Below, one piece after another: positions 11,201 to 19,782 of a stretch of 64,000 bases of DNA (the stretch's first letter is position 1; each line of letters opens with the position of its first letter). Origin of the DNA: a virus (Duplodnaviria > Caudoviricetes); the IMG/VR virus record IMGVR_UViG_3300025508_000012, positions 1,525 to 65,524 of that record, one strand, 5' to 3'. Position numbers and translations under genes: made by a program. The notes beneath the pieces were generated by a model. That model was not told the DNA's origin and did not search any database. It saw nothing but the letters and a program-made list of their open reading frames with translations.

Positions 11201-14200
11201 TACTGGGCATGACCATTGTACTTATTATAATGTTGGTCGCCATTAAAATGACCATGATCTGTATACAAAGCAAAATATGGATCAAAAACATAAAGTTTTC
11301 CCACTAAAGCTCCTGCTTTTTTATCTGTCAACGTTGTTTTCTTTGAAGAAAAAAACAATGTGTCATGTTGATTTTTTGAAGCATAATCGGTAAAAGGATT
11401 GTAAGAAGTATTAGCATGACCTATAGATATATCGTTAATCGTGTTTCCATCATTCATGTCCGCATGATGATCGTACCTCCTTTGATCGTACAGTTTCATT
11501 ACAGAAACTATTTTTAATTTGTCTTCTGCTCTTGATAAATAAGGTCTTATTCCAAAAGTGCTATCTGGAGAATACATAAGATGTATATTTCCTATAGTAT
11601 TTACATTTAATGCAGGGCCTGCTGGACTACCAGAACCGCCACCATTTCTCCTTCCCATACTAAAACTTCCAAAATATCCTGATCCAGCATGAAAATTATC
11701 ACCAACAGAACTATCGCCTTCATTAAGATATAAAGGTTCTTTGTCGTCAGTAAACCCAACACATCTTGTACTTAATTCTGCTAACCCTACATAACCATTT
11801 AAAACTTGATCATATATTTGATCTACATTATCATCTATTATATTTTCTGTATCATTAGCATTTACTGTACCGTAATAGCCACCGCTACCACCAGCCGCAG
11901 GGCCATAGTTTATTGTTTGATTTAATAAACCTGATTGAACAATTGTTCTATCTGTTTCTGTTCTTTCTGCTCGTACAACTTGAAATCCAGAAATTCTTTT
12001 TAATACATGTAAAGGTATTTTAAAACTAAAATCTAAAGCTAAATCAAATGTAAGATGCTGACCTTCTCTATTTTCAGGAAGAAAACCAAAACGTTTTGCA
12101 TTACCATGTGAATTTATATCTGTTCCATTTATACATGCAGTATCATCATATTTTAAACCAGCCGCAGGAACAGGGCCACTTCCATTTGCAGATATTCTAT
12201 AATCTTGACAATCAGAATTTTCTTTAAATCTTGTTGCACCAGATCCATAATTTCTTCCAATACCTGTTATAGTCCCATCGTTATCTGGACCAAAATTTAA
12301 ATCTAACTCCCATGCTTTATCGTGATGTTCTGGCATTTGTATATCTCCTATCCATAAAACATTTCCAGGATCACCATTTAAATCATAAACTAAAACTCCA
12401 AATCTATATGTTTCTCCTCTTTGATAACCTCTTTTACTACCAGCAGCCATAGGATCTTTGTTTGAACCTATATTTAATGTTGCAGTAAACTCTGTTGATG
12501 TATTATCTTCTGATGATTCATAATCAGGAGGACCACCTGCCTTCCATATGTTATCAGTTTGGAAGCTATCATTTTTTATATTAGTAGATATAAATGCAGA
12601 ATTACCATCATTTTTTCCTCCCCTGTTATCTATTGTGTCTGATACTTTAGGCACCTGTCTAAATGAAACCATACAACCACCCAGACCATTTGTACCACCT
12701 TCATTTTGATAATAACCATAGCTTTCTGCACCTAACACTCTTCTTTCTCCATTGCCACCCATATTTGAAAAAACATCATTGCTGTATAAACAGCTATGCG
12801 TGCCCCTAAGGTATCTATGTGCTGTATCATAATTAAAACCTTTACCATCTAAAGGAACATAGTTTGATCCACCCGATACTTCAGTTACAAGTGTTTCATC
12901 TAAAACCTCAGCGGATAATTGTGCAGCTGGTGCATAATATTCTTTTACTTCTGGATCATTTGTTGTCAACGAACCATGTCCAATTACGGTAGGATTATCT
13001 TTACTATCCTGATTAAATCTTCTAACTTTAACATTCCATTCTTTTTCAGAAATATAATTTCTTTTTTGTCTCAAGTTAGCAGCAAATAATACATTGTCTT
13101 TTATTGCAATATCTTTACATATATCCCAAGTATTAGAAGGTATAAGTATTTTTTCTAAACCATCTGCAATAACATCAAGCAATGTTGTGTGTTTAAAATT
13201 AACTACACCTGAGTTAGGTATAGATTTTTTAACCACCTCTGTAACTTGTGGAGGAACATTTAAATTGTTATAAAATAATGCGTAAATCTGCACTTGATCA
13301 AAATCAGTATCTAAATCTTTAATACTTAGTTCGAATCCATCAGCAGATATAGATCCTGGAGCTCCACCTTGATATGTGCTATATGAAGTACTGTCTGCGT
13401 CTGATATATGGTATAAATTACTTGTTGGAGATATTCCCGTTTCTGCTCCTGCGTCTGTCAAATATTTATAACAGTATTGATATACACCTACTGGTAAGCT
13501 ACCAGATATAACATTGCTTAAAACTATTTGTGAGTGATCGCATTTAGGTGTAATATCTAATTCATCAGGATTTAAAGTTTCTAATCTTTTACCTCTTATA
13601 TTTAAAGTTCTAAGTGGGTTTTTATTATCAGTCCAATAAATTCTAGAAATACAATCATTTTCTGTAATACCCTCAACTCTACACTTAATTAAAGGATCCA
13701 TGTTTAGATTAGGAAATTCATTGCCTAAAAAATCATAACAAACTCTAAGCTCAGTTGTTTTAATAACGTTGTTGTCATTATCAAAATCTAATAAAAAGAA
13801 AAGTGTTTTAAAATCATCAATAGATGGTGATGTACCTATAAGACCACACACAATAAGAACTAATTGATTTTTAAATGAAAAATGCCCTACAATATTTACA
13901 GCATCTTTCAAAGACTTATTTTCAGTAGTTGTGCCGTCACCATCACCTACACCGTATGGTTTAATTGGATCTCCATTCGCATCAGTAGCTCCTACAAAAT
14001 AGTCATAACTAAAAGGACTTGTTACTGGATCTCCATTATATAAATAGTCTGCCTTGCTTACTATATTGGTATCTGTTAAATCAATAACCTTTTTATTACC
14101 GTTTATGTTTTCAATAGTAAAAGTCGATCCATCTGTATTGATCACTTTTATATTCATTGCATCACGATACGTCCCGTCCAATTGCATTCTTGGATCAGAA

Positions 14201-14250
14201 TCAGTAACTAAGCCTTTACTAAATCCTTTTAATTTGCTTTTCTCTGCCAT
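8278..14250 (-). CDS. Tail stabilisation / muzzle protein (crAss-like, P22 gp10-like), 1990 aa
   Basis: N-terminal GFSKGLVTDSDP...YRDAMN, IYWTDNKNPLRTLN, YRFGVLVYD, VFGGDTF and YSKTKLAGE..DAFRVF motifs resemble crAss-like stabilisation proteins; expected position after ring genes. Confidence 0.8.
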   Translation of the reverse strand: MAEKSKLKGFSKGLVTDSDPRMQLDGTYRDAMNIKVINTDGSTFTIENINGNKKVIDLTDTNIVSKADYLYNGDPVTSPFSYDYFVGATDANGDPIKPYGVGDGDGTTTENKSLKDAVNIVGHFSFKNQLVLIVCGLIGTSPSIDDFKTLFFLLDFDNDNNVIKTTELRVCYDFLGNEFPNLNMDPLIKCRVEGITENDCISRIYWTDNKNPLRTLNIRGKRLETLNPDELDITPKCDHSQIVLSNVISGSLPVGVYQYCYKYLTDAGAETGISPTSNLYHISDADSTSYSTYQGGAPGSISADGFELSIKDLDTDFDQVQIYALFYNNLNVPPQVTEVVKKSIPNSGVVNFKHTTLLDVIADGLEKILIPSNTWDICKDIAIKDNVLFAANLRQKRNYISEKEWNVKVRRFNQDSKDNPTVIGHGSLTTNDPEVKEYYAPAAQLSAEVLDETLVTEVSGGSNYVPLDGKGFNYDTAHRYLRGTHSCLYSNDVFSNMGGNGERRVLGAESYGYYQNEGGTNGLGGCMVSFRQVPKVSDTIDNRGGKNDGNSAFISTNIKNDSFQTDNIWKAGGPPDYESSEDNTSTEFTATLNIGSNKDPMAAGSKRGYQRGETYRFGVLVYDLNGDPGNVLWIGDIQMPEHHDKAWELDLNFGPDNDGTITGIGRNYGSGATRFKENSDCQDYRISANGSGPVPAAGLKYDDTACINGTDINSHGNAKRFGFLPENREGQHLTFDLALDFSFKIPLHVLKRISGFQVVRAERTETDRTIVQSGLLNQTINYGPAAGGSGGYYGTVNANDTENIIDDNVDQIYDQVLNGYVGLAELSTRCVGFTDDKEPLYLNEGDSSVGDNFHAGSGYFGSFSMGRRNGGGSGSPAGPALNVNTIGNIHLMYSPDSTFGIRPYLSRAEDKLKIVSVMKLYDQRRYDHHADMNDGNTINDISIGHANTSYNPFTDYASKNQHDTLFFSSKKTTLTDKKAGALVGKLYVFDPYFALYTDHGHFNGDQHYNKYNGHAQYVHNPGSIDSAKGTVDGVTANYTSPINPNGSTTISLATGWSGNISSFVPWYERQIVRGKEIVDGEIVASGFFKQTYTSNNNQYIWSRPGFSNFTLGHAKIDTGAWRSYMKYGKIDADLEAADVNYDTISTLQMGTRAILLQTDWKGSWDYLPMKDPSYCAMNQDWKASKASRPTINAHGEDCNHGEVHLPYYYYGNIYRTNNNQYGGNSVDALENTRWVAAGNKHQLRQGHGRNDIHHLSTVFGGDTFVGIYSHQMTTSPYPDKSYSKWIVFPCESFVNTEMRSGLNLGNNDHVEGFDQTAPPFSNDWFYNPVYSQENNTKSYLSVKKRDCEFTDLPYEVAYSKTKLAGEESDAFRVFPIFNFYDVEAIHGSINRLINFNNEIYFVQENAFGQLLVNPRTFLSDATGGQTLFTGSGDTIESHQYISVKYGTQHMHSVIASESGLYFFDSRYAKLLKFDTSKQFTVLSDEIGCRDLFKKAIEYGRLNIKDKYHKAPRVNLADMPLYFIGIHGGFDYQNNTLYLTFNDRLRIDQYDRTKYPEGNYVLNRRNVNQSTGVTTYEVVGRNPLDLSNVGNINAQYPDGKGSGGYAEKFFTSTTIAFSEDLNAVVSKYSVYPQQWIEHQGNLLTPKSRVPWLYYGSVGNLSAGFQNVSYVSGSIYTDSVISGAQLSGSYGTSNNYYWNPAKYAYGAHELVEGGMQLWQWDHKHANKTTYFSDTQLHAKNSAIAFDLNYENTSGFVSLMKVSAVNASGVITAIHILDPGSNYPDGTYDIKDQTGNVVATIDAQDGFMYESNITITSTDSYAIDDELTVDAPMSTRTPVIHASYVEKVINEGPGENKKFDNLNVVMSTGDINNVYYGTSVNQTDRNKAVNSNNIASTDIGRYVEKIEFVTDFSDIGRQNIQTDNNPFYQTETEFQDTLHKYREGVLRAPIRNLFAGSKNPRLTGTYLRVKLTARTQEKFNIFAIMAKYRKSFN
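8313..8320 (-). promoter_or_regulatory. Bacteroidota housekeeping sigma -7 element TATCTTTG embedded in 3' end of muzzle gene, upstream of cargo genes
   Basis: Matches TAnnTTTG; about 35 nt upstream of ATG 8278. Confidence 0.5.
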
Positions 14251-15263
14251 TAATAACTATTTAATCCATCATACAACGGTGGGTTGTGCGATGTGATTGG
14301 AACTTTTGCGTTCCATATTTTACCTATTTTTAATAATTCTAATGAAGAAGGCATGTTATCATCACCTCTTACTTTAGCGCAAAGATGATACCATCTTCTC
14401 TCTAAATCTTTTATTATGTATTGTGGTGCATTACCAGCATAGTAATCTATAGACTTGTGTTTCCACATAATGTAAAACGCTACAGCCTCTTCGTGCCCCT
14501 GTCTTACTGTTGGGTATCCATTCTCGTCCGTGTGCGCGCGCAGGTAAGATATTACTACATCTTTACTATATTTTCTTGAAAAATTTAACCTATTACCTTC
14601 TACATAATATCTATCCTGTTGATCGCTTATCTTGCTTCTAAACTGCGAACTAGATGGCTCAATAATATTATCGCCAACTCTGACATTTAACAACTTGACT
14701 AAATCGTTAGGTAGCGTGATTTGTTTGTTTTGTATTCTGTTTTTAGCACCTGTAAATCTTTGTGTTATTTCAGGAGCGTCAGAAACATCCAACTCTATAA
14801 TAATAGGATTAGCTTGAAATCCAGCACTAATAGTAAGTTCTAAAATATTAGTACCAGTTGTGTATGACGCATTTATACCTTTTGCATTTTTTAAATACGA
14901 TCCATCTATAACCGATACTGCATTATCAAGCGTAGTGTCTAGATCAGCACCTATGGGTATTTCATGTGTTTCTGCTGTTGTTCCTACATAAGCAGAGCTA
15001 CTTAGAAGCCTAAATACAAACTTAGTTCCATTAATTGTTATAGATTGTTTGTCTAAGGAATTATCAGTAAATTTTATTTTAGCAACTTGTGAGGCTGCTT
15101 CTGTAGCATAGGTTCTTTCAGCTCTTTCAAACGTATCTTTACTACCAATATATTGTTCTGCCTCAAACACCCATTCAGCCCAAGAATCTACATGTTTATT
15201 GTATTCTCTTAAGCCTAAGTTTCTAGAAACATTGTTAAATACTCTAAATGCGGATACTCTCAT
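14250..15263 (-). CDS. Tail ring / tubular protein with inserted domain
   Basis: WAEWVFEAEQYIG, ITLPNDLVKL, ISYLRAHTDENGYP..EEAVAFYIMWK resemble crAss-like ring proteins; adjacent to muzzle. Confidence 0.65.
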   Translation of the reverse strand: MRVSAFRVFNNVSRNLGLREYNKHVDSWAEWVFEAEQYIGSKDTFERAERTYATEAASQVAKIKFTDNSLDKQSITINGTKFVFRLLSSSAYVGTTAETHEIPIGADLDTTLDNAVSVIDGSYLKNAKGINASYTTGTNILELTISAGFQANPIIIELDVSDAPEITQRFTGAKNRIQNKQITLPNDLVKLLNVRVGDNIIEPSSSQFRSKISDQQDRYYVEGNRLNFSRKYSKDVVISYLRAHTDENGYPTVRQGHEEAVAFYIMWKHKSIDYYAGNAPQYIIKDLERRWYHLCAKVRGDDNMPSSLELLKIGKIWNAKVPITSHNPPLYDGLNSY

Positions 15264-15264
15264 A

Positions 15265-15753
15265 CTATGCTGTTGTTGCTATTAATACTTCTACTTGTAC
15301 GTTTGCTGAATCTGCTCTTAAAAATATTTCATCTATAGCCCCACCTCTTGCAGTAACTGCTGTACCACCAGCGTTTGCTTCAATATCTGTAGATGTTAAA
15401 ATAAAACTTGCATCTGGATCTACAGTAATACCTGCAACATCACCGCCTGTGTCCTCTAAGATAACTCCTACCGCATTAGTATCATCAAGATTGGTTATTC
15501 TAATGTATTCTACAGCAGATCTTTTAAAAGCTCCAGGAGCTCCAGCTTCACTACCATTATCTACTAAATCAACAATCTTTACTTGATTTGTATTTGGTAA
15601 ATTCAAGATACGAACATCAATATTATCTATGCTTGCAAAAGTTTTAGTTAATGTCTGTGCGTGTGATCTATTGTCAGCAGAAGTGTTGTGTGTTACAGAC
15701 AATGCCTCTGTGATGGTTACTGTTAATGTTCCTGCTGTTAATCTACTTGCCAT
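15265..15753 (-). CDS. Small beta-rich structural protein (NLDDTN family)
   Basis: YIRITNLDDTNAV motif shared with 46519..46908. Confidence 0.5.
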   Translation of the reverse strand: MASRLTAGTLTVTITEALSVTHNTSADNRSHAQTLTKTFASIDNIDVRILNLPNTNQVKIVDLVDNGSEAGAPGAFKRSAVEYIRITNLDDTNAVGVILEDTGGDVAGITVDPDASFILTSTDIEANAGGTAVTARGGAIDEIFLRADSANVQVEVLIATTA

Positions 15754-15754
15754 T

Positions 15755-16201
15755 TTATGTAGTTTTTAATTTTTTAATTTCTTCTCTAAATATACCTAAC
15801 GGCATAATTTTACATTTACTATATTTTTTTGGTCGTTTCCAAACAACCTTGTAATAATAATCATCTAGTATGGGTACTTTGTATTTAACAAGCTCTCCCT
15901 TAGCGTTAGACTCATTTATATCTACACGATAATGAAAAGCTCTTCTGTGATGTTTCTTGTCTAAATACAAGTAACCCATATCTCCAGGCAAATGAATTAG
16001 ATCATTTTTTTGTACTAAATCTCTTGCCAGTATTTCAAAAAACTTTTTGATTACAGCATAATATGTTTTGTAATCAAGTTGTTTTTCCCTAAACTTTTTT
16101 TGTCCCTTCAACCAATCTCCCTTGACTGTTACAACTTTTTTTATATTGTTGTATATATCTCTAGCCGTTTCGTATTTATCTCTGTGCTTGCGGCTGAACA
16201 T
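15755..16201 (-). CDS. IHF/HU-like protein of the crAss-like tail module
   Basis: Basic; YYAVIKKFFEILARDLVQKNDLIHLPGDMGYL resembles the HU/IHF helix-strand core; an IHF-like gene is established at this position in crAss-like phages. Confidence 0.6.
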   Translation of the reverse strand: MFSRKHRDKYETARDIYNNIKKVVTVKGDWLKGQKKFREKQLDYKTYYAVIKKFFEILARDLVQKNDLIHLPGDMGYLYLDKKHHRRAFHYRVDINESNAKGELVKYKVPILDDYYYKVVWKRPKKYSKCKIMPLGIFREEIKKLKTT

Positions 16202-17075
16202 TCTTTGTCGTATCTGCGTTATCAGTTATTGGATCATTTATTGATGTTAGTGACGCTTGCATTTCTGCTCCCAATATTCTTCTATTTAAATCACTAACCA
16301 TTTCTTGTGGTAGAGGATACTCTAAATCATCATTTGTCCAACTATTATTTTCAGTTGGATTTTTTAATAAAGCACTAACAACAATAGCGTATGATTTAGG
16401 TGTCGAATCATAACTTCCTACAGTTCCTCTGTTTACAGATAATAAATTATCTATTTGTAATATACATTGACCAGAGCTGTATATAGACATACTTGCTGTT
16501 GGCGTACTATGTGTAAATCTATTATGCTGTTTGAAAGTTGCTTCGTCTCTTGTTACTATAGAAACATTGGTAGATCCACGTCTTGTTTCTGAATCCTCTA
16601 CACTTACAACACTAATCCTGCCTAAACCATGTTTAGAATTATTTGTAACTAAATGAGGTATTCTTAATCTTATAATACCGTAATCATTTGGTTCTTCAAA
16701 AAAATAAGAATGAGTGAGATCTAATGCGTTAACATCTTTTGCACCAGCTACAACACCATGAAACTTATTCAATCCAGCGTCATCTGCTGTTCTCCCAGAA
16801 AAAGGGATTATGTATGAAGGGCTGGTTGTATATGTATCATGATAAGTAGACCATACAGTATCTTTTTGATGATCATCTTCCTGTGTAATACCTAATATTT
16901 GATAACAATCAATAGGCACACCTCTGCCGTCAGCAATCAATTCACCTATTATCTGAGCCCTGTAGTAATGTATCCAAAACTTAATTTGTTGTGTAGATAC
17001 ATTTTGTTCAGTATTAGTATTACCGCCATAAGCGATATTTTTAATATTATATGCTAGTTCATTTAAAGTTGCCAT
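16176..17075 (-). CDS. Tail ring / head-tail connector protein
   Basis: MATLNELAYNI...IKFWIHYYRAQ and C-terminal DLEYPLP motifs; position in ring cluster. Confidence 0.6.
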   Translation of the reverse strand: MATLNELAYNIKNIAYGGNTNTEQNVSTQQIKFWIHYYRAQIIGELIADGRGVPIDCYQILGITQEDDHQKDTVWSTYHDTYTTSPSYIIPFSGRTADDAGLNKFHGVVAGAKDVNALDLTHSYFFEEPNDYGIIRLRIPHLVTNNSKHGLGRISVVSVEDSETRRGSTNVSIVTRDEATFKQHNRFTHSTPTASMSIYSSGQCILQIDNLLSVNRGTVGSYDSTPKSYAIVVSALLKNPTENNSWTNDDLEYPLPQEMVSDLNRRILGAEMQASLTSINDPITDNADTTKNVQPQAQR

Positions 17076-17083
17076 ACCACTTA

Positions 17084-17091
17084 CAAAAATA
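17084..17091 (-). promoter_or_regulatory. TAnnTTTG -7 promoter element (TATTTTTG)
   Basis: 8 nt upstream of ATG 17075, downstream of an intergenic hairpin. Confidence 0.65.
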
Positions 17092-17111
17092 CTTTAATTT
17101 ATTCGTATAAA

Positions 17112-17154
17112 CAACAATAGGCCCTCTGCCCTAAAGCATGCAGACCTATTATTG
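17112..17154 (-). terminator. Intergenic hairpin, probable terminator
   Basis: CAATAATAGG...CCTATTGTTG inverted repeat followed by TTTAT on minus strand. Confidence 0.5.
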
Positions 17155-17173
17155 CGCAGGGAGCAAAAAGCTC

Positions 17174-17842
17174 TTATATTGATTTGCTCTGCTCTGTCTC
17201 TATAGATTGTGATTGAACGTTCATACTTTCAATATTCACAACCATTTTTCTTACAGTTAAATCTAATATCTCTCGTTGATATATTTCCTTAACTCTATTG
17301 TTATCGTCATCATTAAAAACCTCATCTCTATCTCGAAATATAAGTTGTACTGCTTGCGATTCACCTGTTGTACTTGTAGGTCTAAAATAAACTTTTGCAA
17401 TATTATTCATTCCGTGCCTAACATAACAATATGGATTTATATCAGAAGGTTTCTTAAAAGGATCAGACGTATGCTCGTGATCCCAAAAATCTTTTGTACC
17501 TATAATTTTATGATTTCTTCTTCTATAAGGCACATTCTCAGAGTCAAGCAAAAATGTTCTAAAATGAATTAAATGAATATAATTTTTATGTAAATCCATT
17601 CCAAAGCCACTCCAAACAGTTTCATCTTCTGTATCATCACTAGATCCTATTTGTTCTGTATGAACAAAAAACATCAATGCATCACGAGATATTTGTTCTT
17701 GATCGTAGAACTCATAGTGATGATTTATAAAAGCCATGATAGCTTGATCTAAGAATTTGTTTTTTTCTTCATCTGTAAAATAAGGCTGGTCAGCTTTATC
17801 TAACAAAAGATCAATCATATCATATGCTTCTTGTAAATTCAC
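17174..17842 (-). CDS. Tail ring / adaptor protein
   Basis: DLLLDKADQPYFTDEEKNKFLDQA N-terminus typical of head-tail adaptor rings. Confidence 0.6.
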   Translation of the reverse strand: MNLQEAYDMIDLLLDKADQPYFTDEEKNKFLDQAIMAFINHHYEFYDQEQISRDALMFFVHTEQIGSSDDTEDETVWSGFGMDLHKNYIHLIHFRTFLLDSENVPYRRRNHKIIGTKDFWDHEHTSDPFKKPSDINPYCYVRHGMNNIAKVYFRPTSTTGESQAVQLIFRDRDEVFNDDDNNRVKEIYQREILDLTVRKMVVNIESMNVQSQSIETEQSKSI

Positions 17843-18528
17843 TATTTTTTAGCTTTAACTGTTTTAACTGGTTCTGCTTCAACCACCTCTTGTGGTGCAT
17901 TACCTCTTAACTGATTCTTTAGTAAAGCATAAATATCAGAATTATCTTTTAACCACATGATAGCTTGATCTTCTGATAATCCTATGTTTGTAGATCCATA
18001 TTTATATGTACCGTTTACAAACGTAAATATTTGCTTTTCTAAACATACTTTAATAAATACTTTGTATGGTGCATCAGCATCATTTAAGTACTCTATAAAC
18101 TTTAATGGGTTGTCACTTGCGTAGCCAATAATCTTAGCTTTGCGAATGTTATCGTCCCAGTCTCCATTAAGACCTATAAGTCTACATAAGTTTTCTATTT
18201 CTTTTTTAGATAACGATGCGGCAGCTGTAACTGAATCGGCCTTAGCTAATGCTACTTCTGCTGCTTTGTTTTCTTGTTCAGATATATCTTCCATGATGTA
18301 CTTTCCGCTCATCATAGGATGATCTTTTAAAAACTCATATATTCTTCTATCGTCTTCATCGTTAATGTCCAAAGGAACTACAGCTTGGAACATTTCCCAG
18401 CCAGTTGTTTCTAATCCATTTGGATCAATAAGTGTGATTAGCTTCCCTTTTCTGTTTTTGTAAGTGCCAAACTTAGCATAGTTAAACTTGCCTGGATTAG
18501 CTGCTTTTATTAATACTACGTGTTTCAT
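17842..18528 (-). CDS. Conserved crAss-like capsid-module protein of unknown function
   Basis: ORF between MCP cluster and ring genes. Confidence 0.5.
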   Translation of the reverse strand: MKHVVLIKAANPGKFNYAKFGTYKNRKGKLITLIDPNGLETTGWEMFQAVVPLDINDEDDRRIYEFLKDHPMMSGKYIMEDISEQENKAAEVALAKADSVTAAASLSKKEIENLCRLIGLNGDWDDNIRKAKIIGYASDNPLKFIEYLNDADAPYKVFIKVCLEKQIFTFVNGTYKYGSTNIGLSEDQAIMWLKDNSDIYALLKNQLRGNAPQEVVEAEPVKTVKAKK

Positions 18529-18555
18529 TTCATTTAGTTTTAGTTAATTACTCCC

Positions 18556-18759
18556 TTACTTTAAATTTGTTGGATCACCTTGTTTAGTTCTTACGACTCT
18601 ATTTTTACCAGTTATCCAAGTTTTGTTTGCGGATGTATTAAGCCATTTAAGACCTCCACTACCTTTTACATTGATGTGGAAAGCTCTTGACTCTACTTCT
18701 TGTGGTTCGTTTGTAATATCTACAACCTTACCATCTCTTACCGCTAGAATTGTTTTCAT
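18556..18759 (-). CDS. Small hypothetical protein (67 aa, likely start 18759 MKTILAV, probably leaderless)
   Basis: ORF-track extension overlaps a terminator and promoter; TATATTTG lies 4 nt before this ATG. Confidence 0.55.
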   Translation of the reverse strand: MKTILAVRDGKVVDITNEPQEVESRAFHINVKGSGGLKWLNTSANKTWITGKNRVVRTKQGDPTNLK

Positions 18760-18763
18760 ATTG

Positions 18764-18771
18764 CAAATATA
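18764..18771 (-). promoter_or_regulatory. TAnnTTTG -7 promoter element (TATATTTG)
   Basis: Directly after terminator, 4 nt before ATG 18759. Confidence 0.7.
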
Positions 18772-18779
18772 AGAATAAT

Positions 18780-18798
18780 GGAGGGGACAAGCCCCTCC
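18780..18798 (-). terminator. Intrinsic terminator ending the capsid operon
   Basis: GGAGGGG-CTTGT-CCCCTCC hairpin followed by ATTATTCTT. Confidence 0.7.
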
Positions 18799-18815
18799 GT
18801 TACTCAAATTGTTAA

Positions 18816-19334
18816 TTACGATGTAGTAATAGCTCCACTAATAGAAGAACCACCACCCATTATAACATAAAATCCGCCAACAAAAACTAGCTCAACAAAA
18901 TCACCAACTTCTGCAGAAGTACCGAAAAGAATGTTAGAGACTTCTGTACCAGCAGTACCAGCACCTACATCACCACCAGCATCCTTTAAAGGACCAGCAA
19001 TAATAGCAGATCCAGCAGCAATAGTAATTACCTCAGCTGGAGTTACTTCTGTGTTCACAAATCTAAACCACATTCCCTCCTCTGCTTGAGCAGCGGTTGG
19101 TAATGTAATTGTATACGCTGCCGCAGAAGAATCACTCAAAAGAAAAATCTTTCCTGAATCTTCAGCAGTTAACGTTTTTGCAGCATTCGCTGTTTCTACA
19201 ATATATGCTTGACGCATTTTTGGAATGTGTACTGATTCAAAACCAGCAGCATTCGCTGTTCCGTCAAATTTTGTAGGAGTTAAGAAACCACCGATAGCAG
19301 TTCTTAACTTATTAAAATCAAATTTTAAAGCCAT
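18816..19334 (-). CDS. Putative head fibre/decoration protein
   Basis: TLTAEDSGKIFLL...YTITLP...GMWFRF motif typical of small trimeric capsid decoration proteins; two genes after MCP. Confidence 0.55.
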   Translation of the reverse strand: MALKFDFNKLRTAIGGFLTPTKFDGTANAAGFESVHIPKMRQAYIVETANAAKTLTAEDSGKIFLLSDSSAAAYTITLPTAAQAEEGMWFRFVNTEVTPAEVITIAAGSAIIAGPLKDAGGDVGAGTAGTEVSNILFGTSAEVGDFVELVFVGGFYVIMGGGSSISGAITTS

Positions 19335-19461
19335 TTCTATTTATTTTAAATATTAAAAATTAAGGTATTGCCGTTAAAGCTTCTCTTCCGTCAATACCAG
19401 TTAAGTGATTATTGAGGGGTTACTCTGTACTTCACCCCTCTTTAATCGTTAAATTCAGTTA

Positions 19462-19764
19462 TTAAGCAGATTTGCTATAGTTTGCTACAGCAGAAACATC
19501 TGCAATTGCAAAATTACTATTCAAACTATCTGCAACTGTGATAACACCTTGTCCTTGAACAACCAAACGAGCTAACTCTTTAGCTACTTCGTCTGCTTTA
19601 TTCGCAGTACAAGTAAGTTCAGCACTACCAGCAGCGCCATCATCACCTTTAAAGTGAACATCAATAGCTGTGGTGCTTAATAATTCAATGTGGTGAATAT
19701 TATCAACATTTACAAAGCCGCCATCATTAGCGTCTACTATAAAACCTAACATACATCTTGCCAT
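19462..19764 (-). CDS. Putative auxiliary capsid protein (100 aa)
   Basis: Directly downstream of MCP. Confidence 0.5.
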   Translation of the reverse strand: MARCMLGFIVDANDGGFVNVDNIHHIELLSTTAIDVHFKGDDGAAGSAELTCTANKADEVAKELARLVVQGQGVITVADSLNSNFAIADVSAVANYSKSA

Positions 19765-19782
19765 AATTTCTATATATTTATA

